Origin: Callorhinchus milii
Taxonomy: Eukaryota
Assembly: GCF_018977255.1 (NCBI RefSeq)
Contig: NW_024704742.1
Location: 93,994,001-94,058,000, forward strand
Direction of reading: 5' to 3'
Length of the DNA stretch: 64,000 bases
Shown: positions 51,788 to 63,880 of the stretch, in pieces
Layout of the letters: each line of letters starts with the position of its first letter
How positions within the stretch are numbered: position 1 is the first letter of the stretch
The notes under the pieces: generated by a model
Databases searched by the model: none
Seen by the model: the letters and a program-made list of their open reading frames with translations, nothing else
What the model was told of the DNA's origin: nothing
Translations under genes and position numbers: made by a program

Positions 51788-51857
51788 TGCTCCAGCGCCT
51801 TGGGATGTCCTCCTGACGTGAAAGGCGCTATACAAATGTAATTTGTTGTTGTTGTTG
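51788..51857 (+). mobile_element. Solo L2 3' tail (~65 nt)
   Basis: cagcgccttgggatgtcctcctgacgtgaaaggcgctatacaaatgtaattt(gtt)n flanked by tgctc on both sides. Confidence 0.85.
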
Positions 51858-52437
51858 CTCATTGTCATTGGAGGTTGAACTACAATGCCAACACTGGCCA
51901 GCTTTTGACAGTAAGAATGCAGGGACTGAACACTGCTGAAATGAATTGGCTTCCTGGGTTGGCAACACTCACAGCATTAAATCTTTCACATATTTGTGGA
52001 ATGAATGTTTTTCGTGCGGGCCCTATTGAGACTCTCAGTGCGTGATAGCAATTATTTACAGACTTGACTAGGTGCACCAATTCAGTTTTTACAAGCATTT
52101 TCTTGTGGGAACAGACTGTAATAACAGATTAAACCATCCGCTGACTGTTATGAGCACATTTGCTCACACAAACAGCTGCATAAGGCTTCGCTCGATACTA
52201 GAGAATTAATGATGAGCTGCAGGATTCCTGGACGATGATGATAGCAGCAACACCAGACAAGAACAGCTGTCCAGTGAACTTCATACTTGCCCGAGGCTGG
52301 TAACAGTCAAACGAAAAAAACACCAAAAGCTATATTTGGAGTCACGGATGTAAAAGGTTGTTTTTGACCTCATGTCAAGAAGAAGAAATAATATTTTTTT
52401 CTTTATTTTTATGTTAACGTTTCATTTTTTTTAACAG

Positions 52438-52612
52438 AAAAGCCGAAAATCTGTTCCAGAATTGGTTTCTGCTGGCCCATTTTGGAGACTGGGTGAATAT
52501 TGCAGGACAGGAGCTGATGAGAAGAGAGGATGAAATCACTGAGATGCTGCTCTGGCTTTTGATGTTTTACTATAAACCATCCAACCAAAGTCAACAAGAA
52601 GATCATTTACTG
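52438..52612 (+). CDS. FANCC: FANCC exon (human exon 13 equivalent), KAENLFQNWFLLAHFGDWVNIAGQELMRREDEITEMLLWLLMFYYKPSNQSQQEDHLL
   Basis: ttaacag acceptor and CTG|GTGGGG donor; 175 nt as in human. WFLxxHFGxW and LLWLLxFYYxP motifs are present. Confidence 0.96.
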
Positions 52613-53754
52613 GTGGGGATCCCGCAACACACATTTTATAGAACAAATAGATTGTCATTTTCTCTTTCTCATTTGTACACGGCCACTAACAAGAGGGGAC
52701 ACGGTTAAGATCGCAATAAAGGGAATTGAAGGGAAGTTAAACATCTTTGCACAGAAGGTGGTTGGAATGTGGCTGTCTGCCACATGTTGTCAAAAAATTT
52801 TTTTATAGGGAATTTAGATAAATGCTTAATACAAAGTAATATGGGGAGCGAGCAGGAGAGTGGGGTTGGATTAGGAAGTTCACATAGAGAAAAGCACCAG
52901 CACAGACTTGATGTTTGTGCTGTATACCTCCCAAGTTCAAAGGATGGGCTGCTATCCTGCTCTTAAGCAATATGCTACAGGTTCAGTGATCAGAAGTGTA
53001 TAGCTCTCCCCTGGGAAAGAGATTAGCCTGTGATCAGTGACTGAGTGCCTGAGATTGCCTAATTCCTGGGTGTGAGGTTGTTCCCTTTGATTTAATTTTA
53101 AAAAAATGGTATTTCACTAACAGGGCAATCCAAGGCCATGAGCTTTGATATAGGGCCTTATCGCGTCAGTCAGATATCTCAGAGTACGCCACAAGATTTT
53201 ACAGTATTTTGTAGTTAAACGTGGCAGCTGATTTGCGTGCAGCAATGTCCCACAAAGTGTAAAGATCAGATCAGATCAGGCTGTGATATTGTTTTCCATC
53301 CCACCCCCATCACCACCAGTCAAATAGCTGACACTTAATTTCACACGGCATGAATGCCAGAGGGAGTGAAACGCCTTGAGGACAGGAGAAAGGGGAAGAA
53401 AATTGGCAAGGGATAAAAAAAGCACAGCACAAGTCTAAACCTCTGCTGTTCACTCATTCTAGCTTTTGGCTTTAATGTTATAATGAATTTCCAGCATATG
53501 AAATGACTGAGCTTCAAGCTGTGCCTGCTCACTCTGACCAATTTTCCAGCATAGATGACACAGGGATTTTCTACTCATTTGTGGCTGACAAAATCTAAAC
53601 AGTTGATTGATTGGTAACTGATTCGGTTTTATGAAACATTTGGGTTCAGTGTGTAACCATAAAGGTTCCAGGTCTCTGGTCTGTGTGAATTAGCTGATCG
53701 CAGCCAAGGTTATTGAAGACATGTTACAAAGGGATAAGGAAGGGAAAATTTAGC

Positions 53755-54182
53755 CTGCTGTATTGGTAGCACTCTCTTGCTTCTGAATCAGAAGTTTCAA
53801 GCCCCACATCGAGACTGAGTTCATAGTCTAAGATGACACTATAATCCATTGCTGGGTAATGCAGTATTGCCAAAGTCGCAACCCTTTGGATGAGTTGTTA
53901 AACTGAGATCCTGCATGTCTGGTCAGGTCGACGTTAGAGATCCCATGGCACTATTCAAAAATAGAAGGGAGTTTCTCCTGGTGTCCTGGCCCAAAATCCC
54001 CCAAGTAATATTGATAAATCATTTCATGGCTTGTTGTTCCACATTGCTGTGCGCAATTGTCTGCCGCCTTTGCCCACAAAATGCAATCACTGTACTCTAC
54101 ATTAAAACAAAATCCTGTGAAACACTTTGAGGCATTTCAACAACATGATAAGGCACTATGTGAAATACAAGCATTATTATTA
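53755..54182 (+). mobile_element. Older Deu-domain SINE
   Basis: ggtagcactctcttgcttctgaatcagaag head, gatcccatggcactattcaaaaatagaagggagtttctcc core, (att)n end. Confidence 0.78.
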
Positions 54183-55299
54183 AGATTCTAACCCCCATTT
54201 CCCACTGCTCCATTTTCCTCTCTTCCCTTCACTCAAGTAGCCTGACAGCACTCACTGTCCAAATGTATGCCTGAAAAATGCGCCCTTGAGTAATATTGGA
54301 GACTAGCTAGGTTTCCCCTGCAGAAGTATGCCCCAGTGAGGGCCAGTGGGAGAGAAGTGTTTGGTATTGAGGAGCCATTTCTAAATCATAGCACGCAACA
54401 TTCCCAAAGATAAATTCCAAAAAGACGCAGAACAAAAATACAAAATGTGCTTGAGTATAAACTCGAAAGCCTGAAATTCTTTAAGAATAAGAACTCAGGA
54501 TGGGAGTGGGGTGTAGGAGAGAGACCAAATGTAAAATTTTAGCAAATGTATTTGATGCTAGCAATCTCGGATCGAGTAAGCGTCTAGTAATGGCTAAAAG
54601 CAATCTGTCAGAACTTTGTGCTGAATAGGATGCCTCAGACTAGCATCAGTATTAGAGTTGTTTCAGTTGTCTCTATAACCTATTTCACTGTAAAATCTGC
54701 TGAATCCCTTGTTGCATGCAGCTTAGTGCTATAATATGTTATATATTATTATAATCTGAACAGTGATATGGGCAATTTTATATTCTGATTTGTTCCACTG
54801 GCCAGAAATTCAACTCTGTCAGAGCGAATGCTTAATGCCCCCCTTGCCTAGAAATAAACCTTAAACTTAATAGAAAAGTTGCCCTGAAATGTTAACTGAG
54901 ATCAGAACATCTCACAGGTTCAGGTCAAATTGCATTATGATGGGATTTCATTGATCCTTGTCAGCGTGATTTCTAATTGAACTGCTGGAGGAGTTTTCCA
55001 TTGCTTTCCCACACCCAAAATGTTGATCGCATCTGTTAAGAGACTCTCTTTGCTTCCTTACATTATGAAAAAAGCAGACGCTGGCCAAGTGCCCTATAAA
55101 TTAATCTGGCAGTGGAGAGCAGAGTGGATCAGAATTTTCCACTTTGCCTGGATTCTGTTTGTTCTATCTCACTGGCCACTGAGACATTCATGTGTGTATG
55201 TACTCTATCTAGTTAATAATCCACACAATGATTTGCGCACATACTGATTTATCAGAGGTATAGATACTGAAAGTGAATCTAACTACTCGGGTACAGATC

Positions 55300-55373
55300 C
55301 CTGACTGTCCAGCGCCTTGGGACGTCCTCCTGACATGAAAGACACTATACAAATGTAATTTGTTGTTATTGTT
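55300..55373 (+). mobile_element. Solo L2 3' tail
   Basis: ctgactgtccagcgccttgggacgtcctcctgacatgaaagacactatacaaatgtaatttgttgtt. Confidence 0.85.
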
Positions 55374-55455
55374 CTTTTCCAAAAGTATTGATCATTATAG
55401 TCTACTGTCATGTCCTCCCAACCCCCCCCACCCCCACCGCCCCATCCTCCCTCAG

Positions 55456-55659
55456 GCAGATGTGAAGCTGCTGTATGACCATCTAAAGGTGCTTGTCAAT
55501 GCGACCCACTTGAATCTCGAGGACCTGCAAACTGCTTTAACTGCGAGGCACCTCAGCACAGAGCAAAGTCCTCTGAAAGACATGACCAATCACCTTATTA
55601 TGAGCTTTCTGCTGTGTTCTGCTGGCGGCCATGGAATAGCTAAGGAATCTGTGCAACTT
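55456..55659 (+). CDS. FANCC: FANCC exon (human exon 14 equivalent), ADVKLLYDHLKVL...EDLQTA...NHLIMSFLLCSAGGHGIAKESVQL
   Basis: C-rich tract plus ctcag; CTT|GTAAGT donor; 204 nt as in human. DLQT and HLxxxFLLxxxGGHxIA are conserved. Confidence 0.96.
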
Positions 55660-57617
55660 GTAAGTACTCGGAAATGTGATCCGCTGTGATTTGTGAACGA
55701 CAATAAGTTATCATTGTCCTTTGTTGATTGCCATAATCTGGTCTCTTCATTTCACTGCCTTATGTTCTTGTTGGTAGGTTTTTACTAAAACAGCACCGAT
55801 GACTTTGATTGAAGGTTCTGGGTTTACTGAGAGTGGCATTGCAGGTGCCAGATGTACAAATCCAGGGAGAATAAAGCGTAAAATGGACATTAATTTAGCT
55901 CCGTTTCATCAGCGATCGAATGACCAGCAATTGAATAACCATTTCAAATCCAGTGCCCTAGGACTGCATTCAGCACTCGATATTCAGATGACAACATTTG
56001 AAGTGACTGAATGGGTAGAATTTAACACCCATTGTGTAGCTTCACTGGCCAGTGATCATGTGTAGAAAATATTGTTAACATTCTGGAGTGTTTTGCTGAT
56101 ATATGATCTATTATGGCTGCGTACTGTGTACATGAAGAAGTACGCAAGTCCACATTATACCCAAGCTAGTGTAATATTGAGGAGCACTATAAAAGGTATG
56201 GTATACCTGTGTACATTAAGTACCTGTTTGGACCAGTGTAATGTGACAAAGTGCTTTGAAACTGAGGTGTCCGTTGGATAGCAGATCTAGAAGCTTACCA
56301 GGACTATGTCTTACAGAATGCAAGAGGGCCTCCACACCTCGTAACTTCCTGGAGCACTCCAGAGGAACAGTAGATGAATGATGTTCTCATCACCTATCAT
56401 TGTTGGTTTACAAAGGTCCTGATCACCAGTAGGAAAAACTGCGAGCTTCAGTTGCTCAAGCTTTTAAAGTTGTAGAAATGTCAAGGAATTCAATTTCCCA
56501 CCTTTTAGCTGGGTTACTATTCAGAACATGTTGAGGTTCTGTTGGAGGCAAATAAAATATTTAGCAGAGCAGGTTTAGAATGAAATAGTTGAGTGACTGC
56601 AAATCAGAATGACTACACTTGATCCTTGTTACAAGTTCTGAAAAAACAAGTGCTTTGCAGTTTTCCTTTGCAATAAACAGCAAATCCACACAGCATAAGG
56701 AATATGCTGTACATGGAGCATTTATGCAGGTAATCCATCATTGAGAGAAACGCGCTTTACTGCCTTGTTTTCTGGATTTTAAATAATCCTTTGTTGTTTT
56801 AGAGTTTCAAGCTTCAAAAACATTCCACAACTTGCATCGGCATTTTTCTTGTCATGTTTGATTCAAAGAACACAGAGAATTTCAAAAACTATGTCAGAGC
56901 TGGCAACTCTGAAATTAACCGTTTGAAGCACCTTCAGGTAAAACTAATAGTCCCTGAGGGCAGTATGTAGTGTCTTTGAGGTCACTAACAAACCTAGAAG
57001 TGATGCTAGATGGGACCAAAAGCCACTGATCCACAGCAGTAGTTGGGTAGGCCAATGGTATATATACCTGCCTGGTTCTGTTACTGCCTGGATCTTACAT
57101 TAATCGCAGGGATAAACACTACACATTACAATCTTGGATTTTTGCTTCTAAATATGGAGCTGCCTGGAAGATCTACAAATGTACATAAGGATGGAAAAGT
57201 CACACCTGAAACATTTGAGTTCAGGATGTGACTCGCTGGCTGGTAGTCTCAGAGAGCTAGTGCAGAATTAGGTCTAACATGGTCTTGTGTGTGTGCAATA
57301 TTTTTCCCTTCCTCACCTATCTCAAAATAATAATATGTTTACATTTTTAAATGGCTGTAGAGTGAATATTAACATTTGCTTCAGTTAAGACTTTTTTGTG
57401 GAGTCTATTAATGGTACAAAGTTGTGTCTTATTGGGGTTATAATAGTTGTAAGCAAATAAAAATGCACAATACTTTTTAAATTATATTTTCAATAATTCT
57501 TTTTATATTAAGTTCTGTAAGTTAAGGAACTCTCATATTGCTAAAGCATTTAAATAGGGGTGATGTGTTTTTGTCTCTCTTCAAATATCCACATTTCTGT
57601 GCCCTCTTTGTTGCAGT

Positions 57618-57671
57618 CTTTGGGACGTCCTCCTGACGTGAAAGGCGCTATACAAATGTGATTTGTTGTTG
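57618..57671 (+). mobile_element. Solo L2 3' tail inserted in the FANCC last-exon acceptor
   Basis: ttgggacgtcctcctgacgtgaaaggcgctatacaaatg...(ttg)n between 10-bp direct repeats TTGTTGCAGT. Confidence 0.9.
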
Positions 57672-57680
57672 TTGTTGCAG

Positions 57681-57890
57681 TTGACTCTAACTGGAGATGC
57701 TGCTGATGGAGTTTTTGAGCTACTGGGTAGTATTGCCCACAGACAAAACAAGCAACGGCACAAAGATTCCACAGATTATCAGTCTCAGATGACCATCAAA
57801 CTTCTGCAAGAAGTTCTGTCAGAAACCCAACCCAGGACAGTGCAACCAACACACACCCCACTGAAAGGTGTATTTCACTCATTCCAGTAA
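57681..57890 (+). CDS. FANCC: FANCC terminal coding exon (human exon 15 equivalent), LTLTGDAADGVFELLGSIAHRQNK...MTIKLLQEVLSETQPRTVQPTHTPLKGVFHSFQ*
   Basis: gttgcag acceptor, phase 0, open to TAA at 57888-57890. Aligns with human [21 protein letters not shown]...LARELLKEL. Confidence 0.88.
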   Translation: MTLTGDAADGVFELLGSIAHRQNKQRHKDSTDYQSQMTIKLLQEVLSETQPRTVQPTHTPLKGVFHSFQ

Positions 57891-58174
57891 TTATGTCTAG
57901 TTGATTGAAAGTTGTATTTGTTTATATAATAGATCGATAGTTTAAACAATTGTTTTTTCACATTTATTTTTCTAATATTTTGACTGCAAACATTGTGTTG
58001 TAAAAACCCTGTTAATGGATCCGTTTTTTTTAAAAATCAGGAAATTATAAGCAGCAAAACTCTGTATAACACCAGGCACAGGATTCTCTGCCTTATTCTG
58101 TATGTTAGTTGGTGATAAGTGTATTGCAGTCTTTAAATGTCTTAGTTCTGAACTTGTAGCAGAGTGAGCAGTTA

Positions 58175-58180
58175 AATAAA
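58175..58180 (+). promoter_or_regulatory. Candidate FANCC polyadenylation signal AATAAA
   Basis: First AATAAA after the stop (about 285 nt downstream), followed by a GT-rich element (gattgtgttgtcactgtcttt). Confidence 0.55.
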
Positions 58181-58311
58181 AATAATAATGCTGCAGATTG
58201 TGTTGTCACTGTCTTTATCTTACTATTAGAGCAACTGGAGAATGATGCTTGCCCACAATTAACCAGGTGTATAGGGAATGTGATATGGAAGTGCGAGATT
58301 CATGTGTTGCA

Positions 58312-58689
58312 ATAATAATAATAATAATCCTTGCATTTGATACAGAGCTTTTCACGTCTTCTAGACGTCTCAAAGAGCTTCACGGAATATGCTGTAAAGT
58401 GAATTGACTGTATATTTGTGGGCGAAACTCGGCAACCAATTGCGCACAACAACAAGATTCCATTTATAGAGCGCCTTTCACGTCGGGAGGACGTCCCAAT
58501 TGTGCACAGCAGTGTCCCACAAACAGTCGTGGATTGAAAATTACCAATTTATTATTATTTTGTTTTTTGGAGGGAATATTATTAGGTGTTTGGAGTAAAG
58601 AAACTTGCCCAAGGTTTCCCCTGCCTGGAATTGAACCCAGGTGCCTCGCTTGCAAGGCGAGTGCTCTAACTACTGAGCTACAGGACTCC
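58312..58689 (-). mobile_element. Young SINE with a nested 47-nt L2 tail (58449-58495)
   Basis: SINE interrupted between 13-bp repeats ccaattg(c/t)gcaca. Confidence 0.9.
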
Positions 58690-58769
58690 ACATAATGTAT
58701 AATAATAATAATGTATAATAGTAATAATAATGTGTTATAATAATAATCCTTGTATTTGATAGAGCACCT

Positions 58770-59040
58770 TATAAAGTCTCCAGCCTCCTGCTCATCCCTC
58801 GCACCCTCCCCACCATTGGAGGTTGCGCTTTCAGCTACTACGCCTCAAAACTCTGGAACACTCGCTCTCAATTCCTCTACCTTCCCTCTTCCCTCTTTCA
58901 AGTCCCACCTGAAAACTTTCCTCTTCGACCGTGCTTACACCCACCTCCCCCCGGCTCGGAGTCAGGCTCCACCACAGTTAAGACCTCTGAGACGCTACCC
59001 TGCGTGGAGGGCACTATATAAGTGCAAGCTGTTGTTGTTA
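58770..59040 (+). mobile_element. L2 LINE 3' end (second subfamily)
   Basis: Similar to 6975-7184 (ggctcggagtcaggctc). Confidence 0.8.
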
Positions 59041-61727
59041 TAACCTTTATGCTGCAGGAGTCCATGATAGGCACTGGTAATTAATAATATAATAATCCTA
59101 GCATTTGATGTAGCGCCTTATCCAATTGTTAAAATGCCACAAGTTTCAAACAATTTTACTGTAAAGTGTAGTGACTGTGTATTTGTAGGCAAATTAACGT
59201 AGGAACTCCAAGTCTATTCTGTTTTGAGCCTGGGCCCAACCTTCGTTTTAAACATAGTACAAATTAGTTCAGTGACAAACCTCTTGCCTGCAAGAACAGA
59301 GTATGAAGGATAAATGAGCAGGGTTTTTTTCTGGTTTTATGATGCAGTTATGCCAAAGAGATCCATTGAAACTCTGTGCTTCTTTAAAAGGAGACATCTG
59401 CTTTCACATTCCTAGTGTCTGACGCAGGCTGACCTGAATAAACTGTAGATATTTTTACTGCCTATTCACACTGCTTGACATTTACCTTGTGCTGTGGAAG
59501 GCAACTTGGGGTATCCACCAATGTTTTTATCCAAGCTTAGATACACTGCCTTAATTTAGGTGGTCATGTGGCACTGATGAATGGTTAGGTATTTGAGTGA
59601 TGTCTTGAATTTCAAAAATGTGAAACGTATATTTTTCTTAATCCTGGGCTTGCATTGTCACTAGAGGTCAGTGTGTGGACTGCAACCCTAAGTTAAAAAG
59701 CACAGAAAACATGGCTAGAGAATGCTACAACTGAATTTCAGGGATCTAACTGGAGACTACAGGAATATAATGAATCTAACACTAGGTGGTACAACAGAGA
59801 ACATTTTGTTTCACACTTTAAAACCACACCAAAGAATGCTGGTCCCTGCATTAATCTGATAAGATCCATAAACGCTGACTGGTTCTTTGAAGAACATTAC
59901 CAAATAAAAGTGCTTTAAAAGTCCCCAGTTCCAATCTCTTGCATCCAGTGCTTCCTTCTCCTAAAGGAAAAAAAACTTGCTGTGTGAAAATCAGCTGTCT
60001 TGTTCCACTAAAAAAAGTGCATTTTCCAATAAATTACACACTTTTTAGATGTCCTCCTGACATGAAGAGAGCTATATAAATTGCAAGAGAAATGAGGCAA
60101 AAATGGTGTGGATGTGGGAATTGTGGGAAATAGGAGAAATGACACCATAGTTTTGATTTTTTAAACATCTGCTGTCTGCTAAACTATATGCTCAGCAGTT
60201 ACCATTTGCCAAAAATGCATTTAGTAATTACCTGCCCCCAAGCTACCTGCTGTTTACTCCAACGCACCATGTGTCTTTTTCTGAAGTCATTGTACAAGAA
60301 AAAAATTGTTGTAAACTCCAGAACTTATTCCCCTTCCATCGCAATTGGTTTCATATGAGATTCAGGTCTCCAGCTCGTTTCCTCATTGTGAGTCAGAAAT
60401 TAATTTGAGTGAAATAAAACAAAATATCCCATATATTTCAGGTCTCCTTGCCCTCACCACCTCCCAACATTAAACTGTGCAAAAGGGATATGCATATATA
60501 AGTAATTGCTACAAAATGAATTCATTAATGAATTCACTATTTGGATCTTGGTTATACACACTTTGTATAATGTTTGGACGTAACTATGGGTAAGGTAAAA
60601 TTTGTTGTGTGGTGCTTGACAACACATGTATTCATAGCAGTTACTTAAAGGTTAAGCTTAATCTGCCTGCATACACAAAAACAAATGTGATACAGGAGAC
60701 TGAAGCAAGATGGATATTTGTATACATTTCAAGTCTGTCAGGCATATTGTTGCAGGATCCAAGTAAGATGAATTGCTTCAAAGTACTCAAACTTCAACTT
60801 TAATTACAAATGAATGTCATAAACTTCTTCATGTCGGGAAGCTCACAGATGCTGCTTTCTCTGGGCTCTTTATTGCATGCTCACTTGCATTCTTTACCCC
60901 CAGAAGATTAATTTTGAATGACTTTTTGTGTCTTGATTATTTTAGCAGTTGTATAAACCCTTGTTTTTTGACTGTTCAACAAATTCTGTTCCACAAGGGT
61001 TGGCTCCCTGCTCGAACACTCATCTCTGTCATCTTTATTACAAAGAAACAACAGTAGCATATAAAAAAAAACTGAAGATCTTTGCACATGCATTGTTCTA
61101 AAGCCAAGGTTTTTTTCCCCCACGCACCAAGGATCATTTTATCGATGTTTAAGGGTAAAAAAAATCCTCTATCCAGCAGAATAAAAACTAAATTAAGCCT
61201 TGTTGGATCACAGCATTGGAGTGTCTGTTAGCAGGATATATGCTCAAGCACTTGCAGCTGAGTAGGTGGGGGTGAGAGAGTGGGGGCTACTCTCTTACAC
61301 AGGCCAGGCAACTTCTTTAGATATTAACAGGTTGGAGTTAAACAAATTTCACCTTTATTATGTCTGTAACCAAAAGATAAGCTATATAATAATCATCTTT
61401 GCATTTGATAAGCGGTTTATCACAATGCAGCTTCATAGAGTATTTTTTTGTGAAGTGTTATGACTGAAGGTGAACGTGGCAGCTAATTTTGCACATAATG
61501 TTCCACAATCAATCATAAAGTGATTTGCCCCTAGGAGATTGTTGGCTGAGTCACCAGGAGAAACTCCCTTCTCTTTTTGAATCGTGCCGATGGGTTTTGG
61601 TTCAGCAACTGATCCGAAGAATGTCACTTCTGACAATGTATCATTTCCCCAGTATTGTTATGGAATCGTCAGGCATGGATATTCCTTGAGCTGTGACTGA
61701 GCTCAGGTCCCAACATGGGATCTGACT

Positions 61728-63880
61728 CAACAACAACAAAACTACATTTGTATAGCCCCTCTCACATCAGGAAGACGTCCCAAGGTGCTGGACAGTCAAT
61801 GTTTCGGACCCGAGCTGGGGAGTCGGGATTGAGGAGGGTGGAGGGCAGCGGGGAAGCAGGATGATCGAAAGCAAGGTCGAAGAGGATGGTCTTGAGATGG
61901 TTCTTGAAGAAGGCAAGGGAGTGGGCGAGGCAGAGGGACTGCGGAATGGAGTTCCAGAGGGTGGGGGCAGAGTGCCAGAAGGCCCGCTTGCCAATGGTAG
62001 GGTGGGCAAGGCGGGGAACGTAAAGCAGGCTGGAGCCCACTCAGCAGCGGGAGTGAGCAGGATGGTAGGGGGTTAGGAGGTCGCAGAGGTAGGGAGAGCA
62101 AGATCATGAAGGGCTTTGAGAGTGAAGACCAGGATCTTGAACTGTATCCTCTGTGGGATGGGAAGTCAGTGGAGTCAGGCGACGATGGGGGTGATAGGGT
62201 CACGGAGCCTGGTGCTGGAGAGGACACGGGCTGCAGAGTTCTGAATGATCTGCGGCCTATGGAGGGAGGAGTTGGGGAGGCTAACAAGCAAGGAGTTTGC
62301 ATAGTCAAGGCTGGATGTAATGAATGAGGGTGGATGTATGAGGGTTTTGGCGGCCTGTGGTGTGAGACAGTAGCAGAGCCGGGCAACGTTGCGGAGGTGG
62401 GGGAAGGCAGAACGGGTCATGGCGCAGATGAGGGGTAGAAAGGATAGTTGAGGGTCAAACAAGACCCCAAGGTTCCAGACTGGCTTAGAAAAGTGGAGTG
62501 TGTATCCATGGATGGTGATGCTGTCAGCGCCTGAGGTGAGGAGGCACTGACAGGAGCCAATCAGGAGAGCCTCGGTCTTGTTGACATTCAACTGAAGAAA
62601 GTTAGCTCTCACCCAGGACTTGATGTCTGACAGACGTTTTGCCAGGACAGCAGTGATCCTGGAGTCAAGAGTGGAGGCAGAAAGGTACAGTTGGGTCTCA
62701 TCCACATACATGTGGAAGTTGACCCCATGTCTGCGGATGATGTCACCAAGAGGGAGCACATAGATATTGAAGAGGAGCGGACTAAGGATAGAGCCCTGAG
62801 GAACACCGTACAAGGCTAGAGGAGAAACCCTTTGTGGAGATGAAGTACAGGTGATGTGAGAGTTACATCTCAACCATTCAAGGATACACTGTGGAGGTTA
62901 AGGTGTGAGACGCGATGGATGAGGATAGAGTGGTCAACAGTGTCGAAGGCAGCAGAGAGGTCAAGGAGGACAAGGAGGCAGAGGGAGCCCTGATCGCAGA
63001 TGGACAGAATGTAATTTGTCAATTTGACCAGGGCTGTTTGATTGGAAGGGTTTATGAAGGGAGTAGCGATAGAGGAAGGAGCGAAACTGGGAAACAACGA
63101 CTTGTTCCAGGACCTTGGAGAGGAAAGGGAGGTTGGAGATGGGGCAGTAGTTTGAGAGCAGGATTGGGTCCATGGAGGGTTTTTTTAAGGATAGGAGTGA
63201 TGACTGTTTTTAAAGGGGTGGGAATGGTACCAGTGGACAGAGAGGTAAATGATGTCTGTGAGTGGAGGGGCAAGGAGGTGGAGCTAGGAGGTAAGGCGAG
63301 GGGTAGGGATGGGGTCGAGGGAGCAGGTGGTCGGTTTCATGAGGGTTATAGTGGTGGTGAGGGAGGAGTGGGAGACAGGTTTGAAGGTGTGGAGGGAAGG
63401 ATTGGTAGGGGCTGGGATGTGAGGGGGAGGGGGTAATAGACGGAAGGGCAGAGGCAGCTGAGCGGACTCCCTTGACTTTGGATTTGAGGAAGTCCAGAAT
63501 TGTCTCGTAGTTGGCATTGGAGGTGAGGATGGGTTAGGCATGACAGGGTGAGTGGAGGAGCTGGTTGATGATGAAGAGGATCCTGGGGTTGTCCTTGGCT
63601 TCCACGTTTGTCTTGGAATAGAACAATGATTTAGTGGAGGCGAGGGCGAAGCAGTAAGATTTGATAAGGTCCAGTCAAACTCCAGATGGACTGTTAAGTT
63701 CAATTTAAGCCAGGTGCGTTCAGCAGCACACACCTGTACTTTAAGGGAGCGGAGGTGGCTGATGTACAATGGAGACTTTCATGAGTAGGGGATGATTCGG
63801 GAAGTGAGGGGAGCAAGGGATTTGAGAGTGGTGGAGAGAGAGCTGGATAAGAGTGACCAAGGAAGATAGGTCATTGTGGG
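61728..63880 (-). mobile_element. L2 LINE, 3' ~2.1 kb, ORF2 RT pseudogene
   Basis: [68 protein letters not shown]; multiple frameshifts; (caa)n tail at 61728. Confidence 0.95.
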
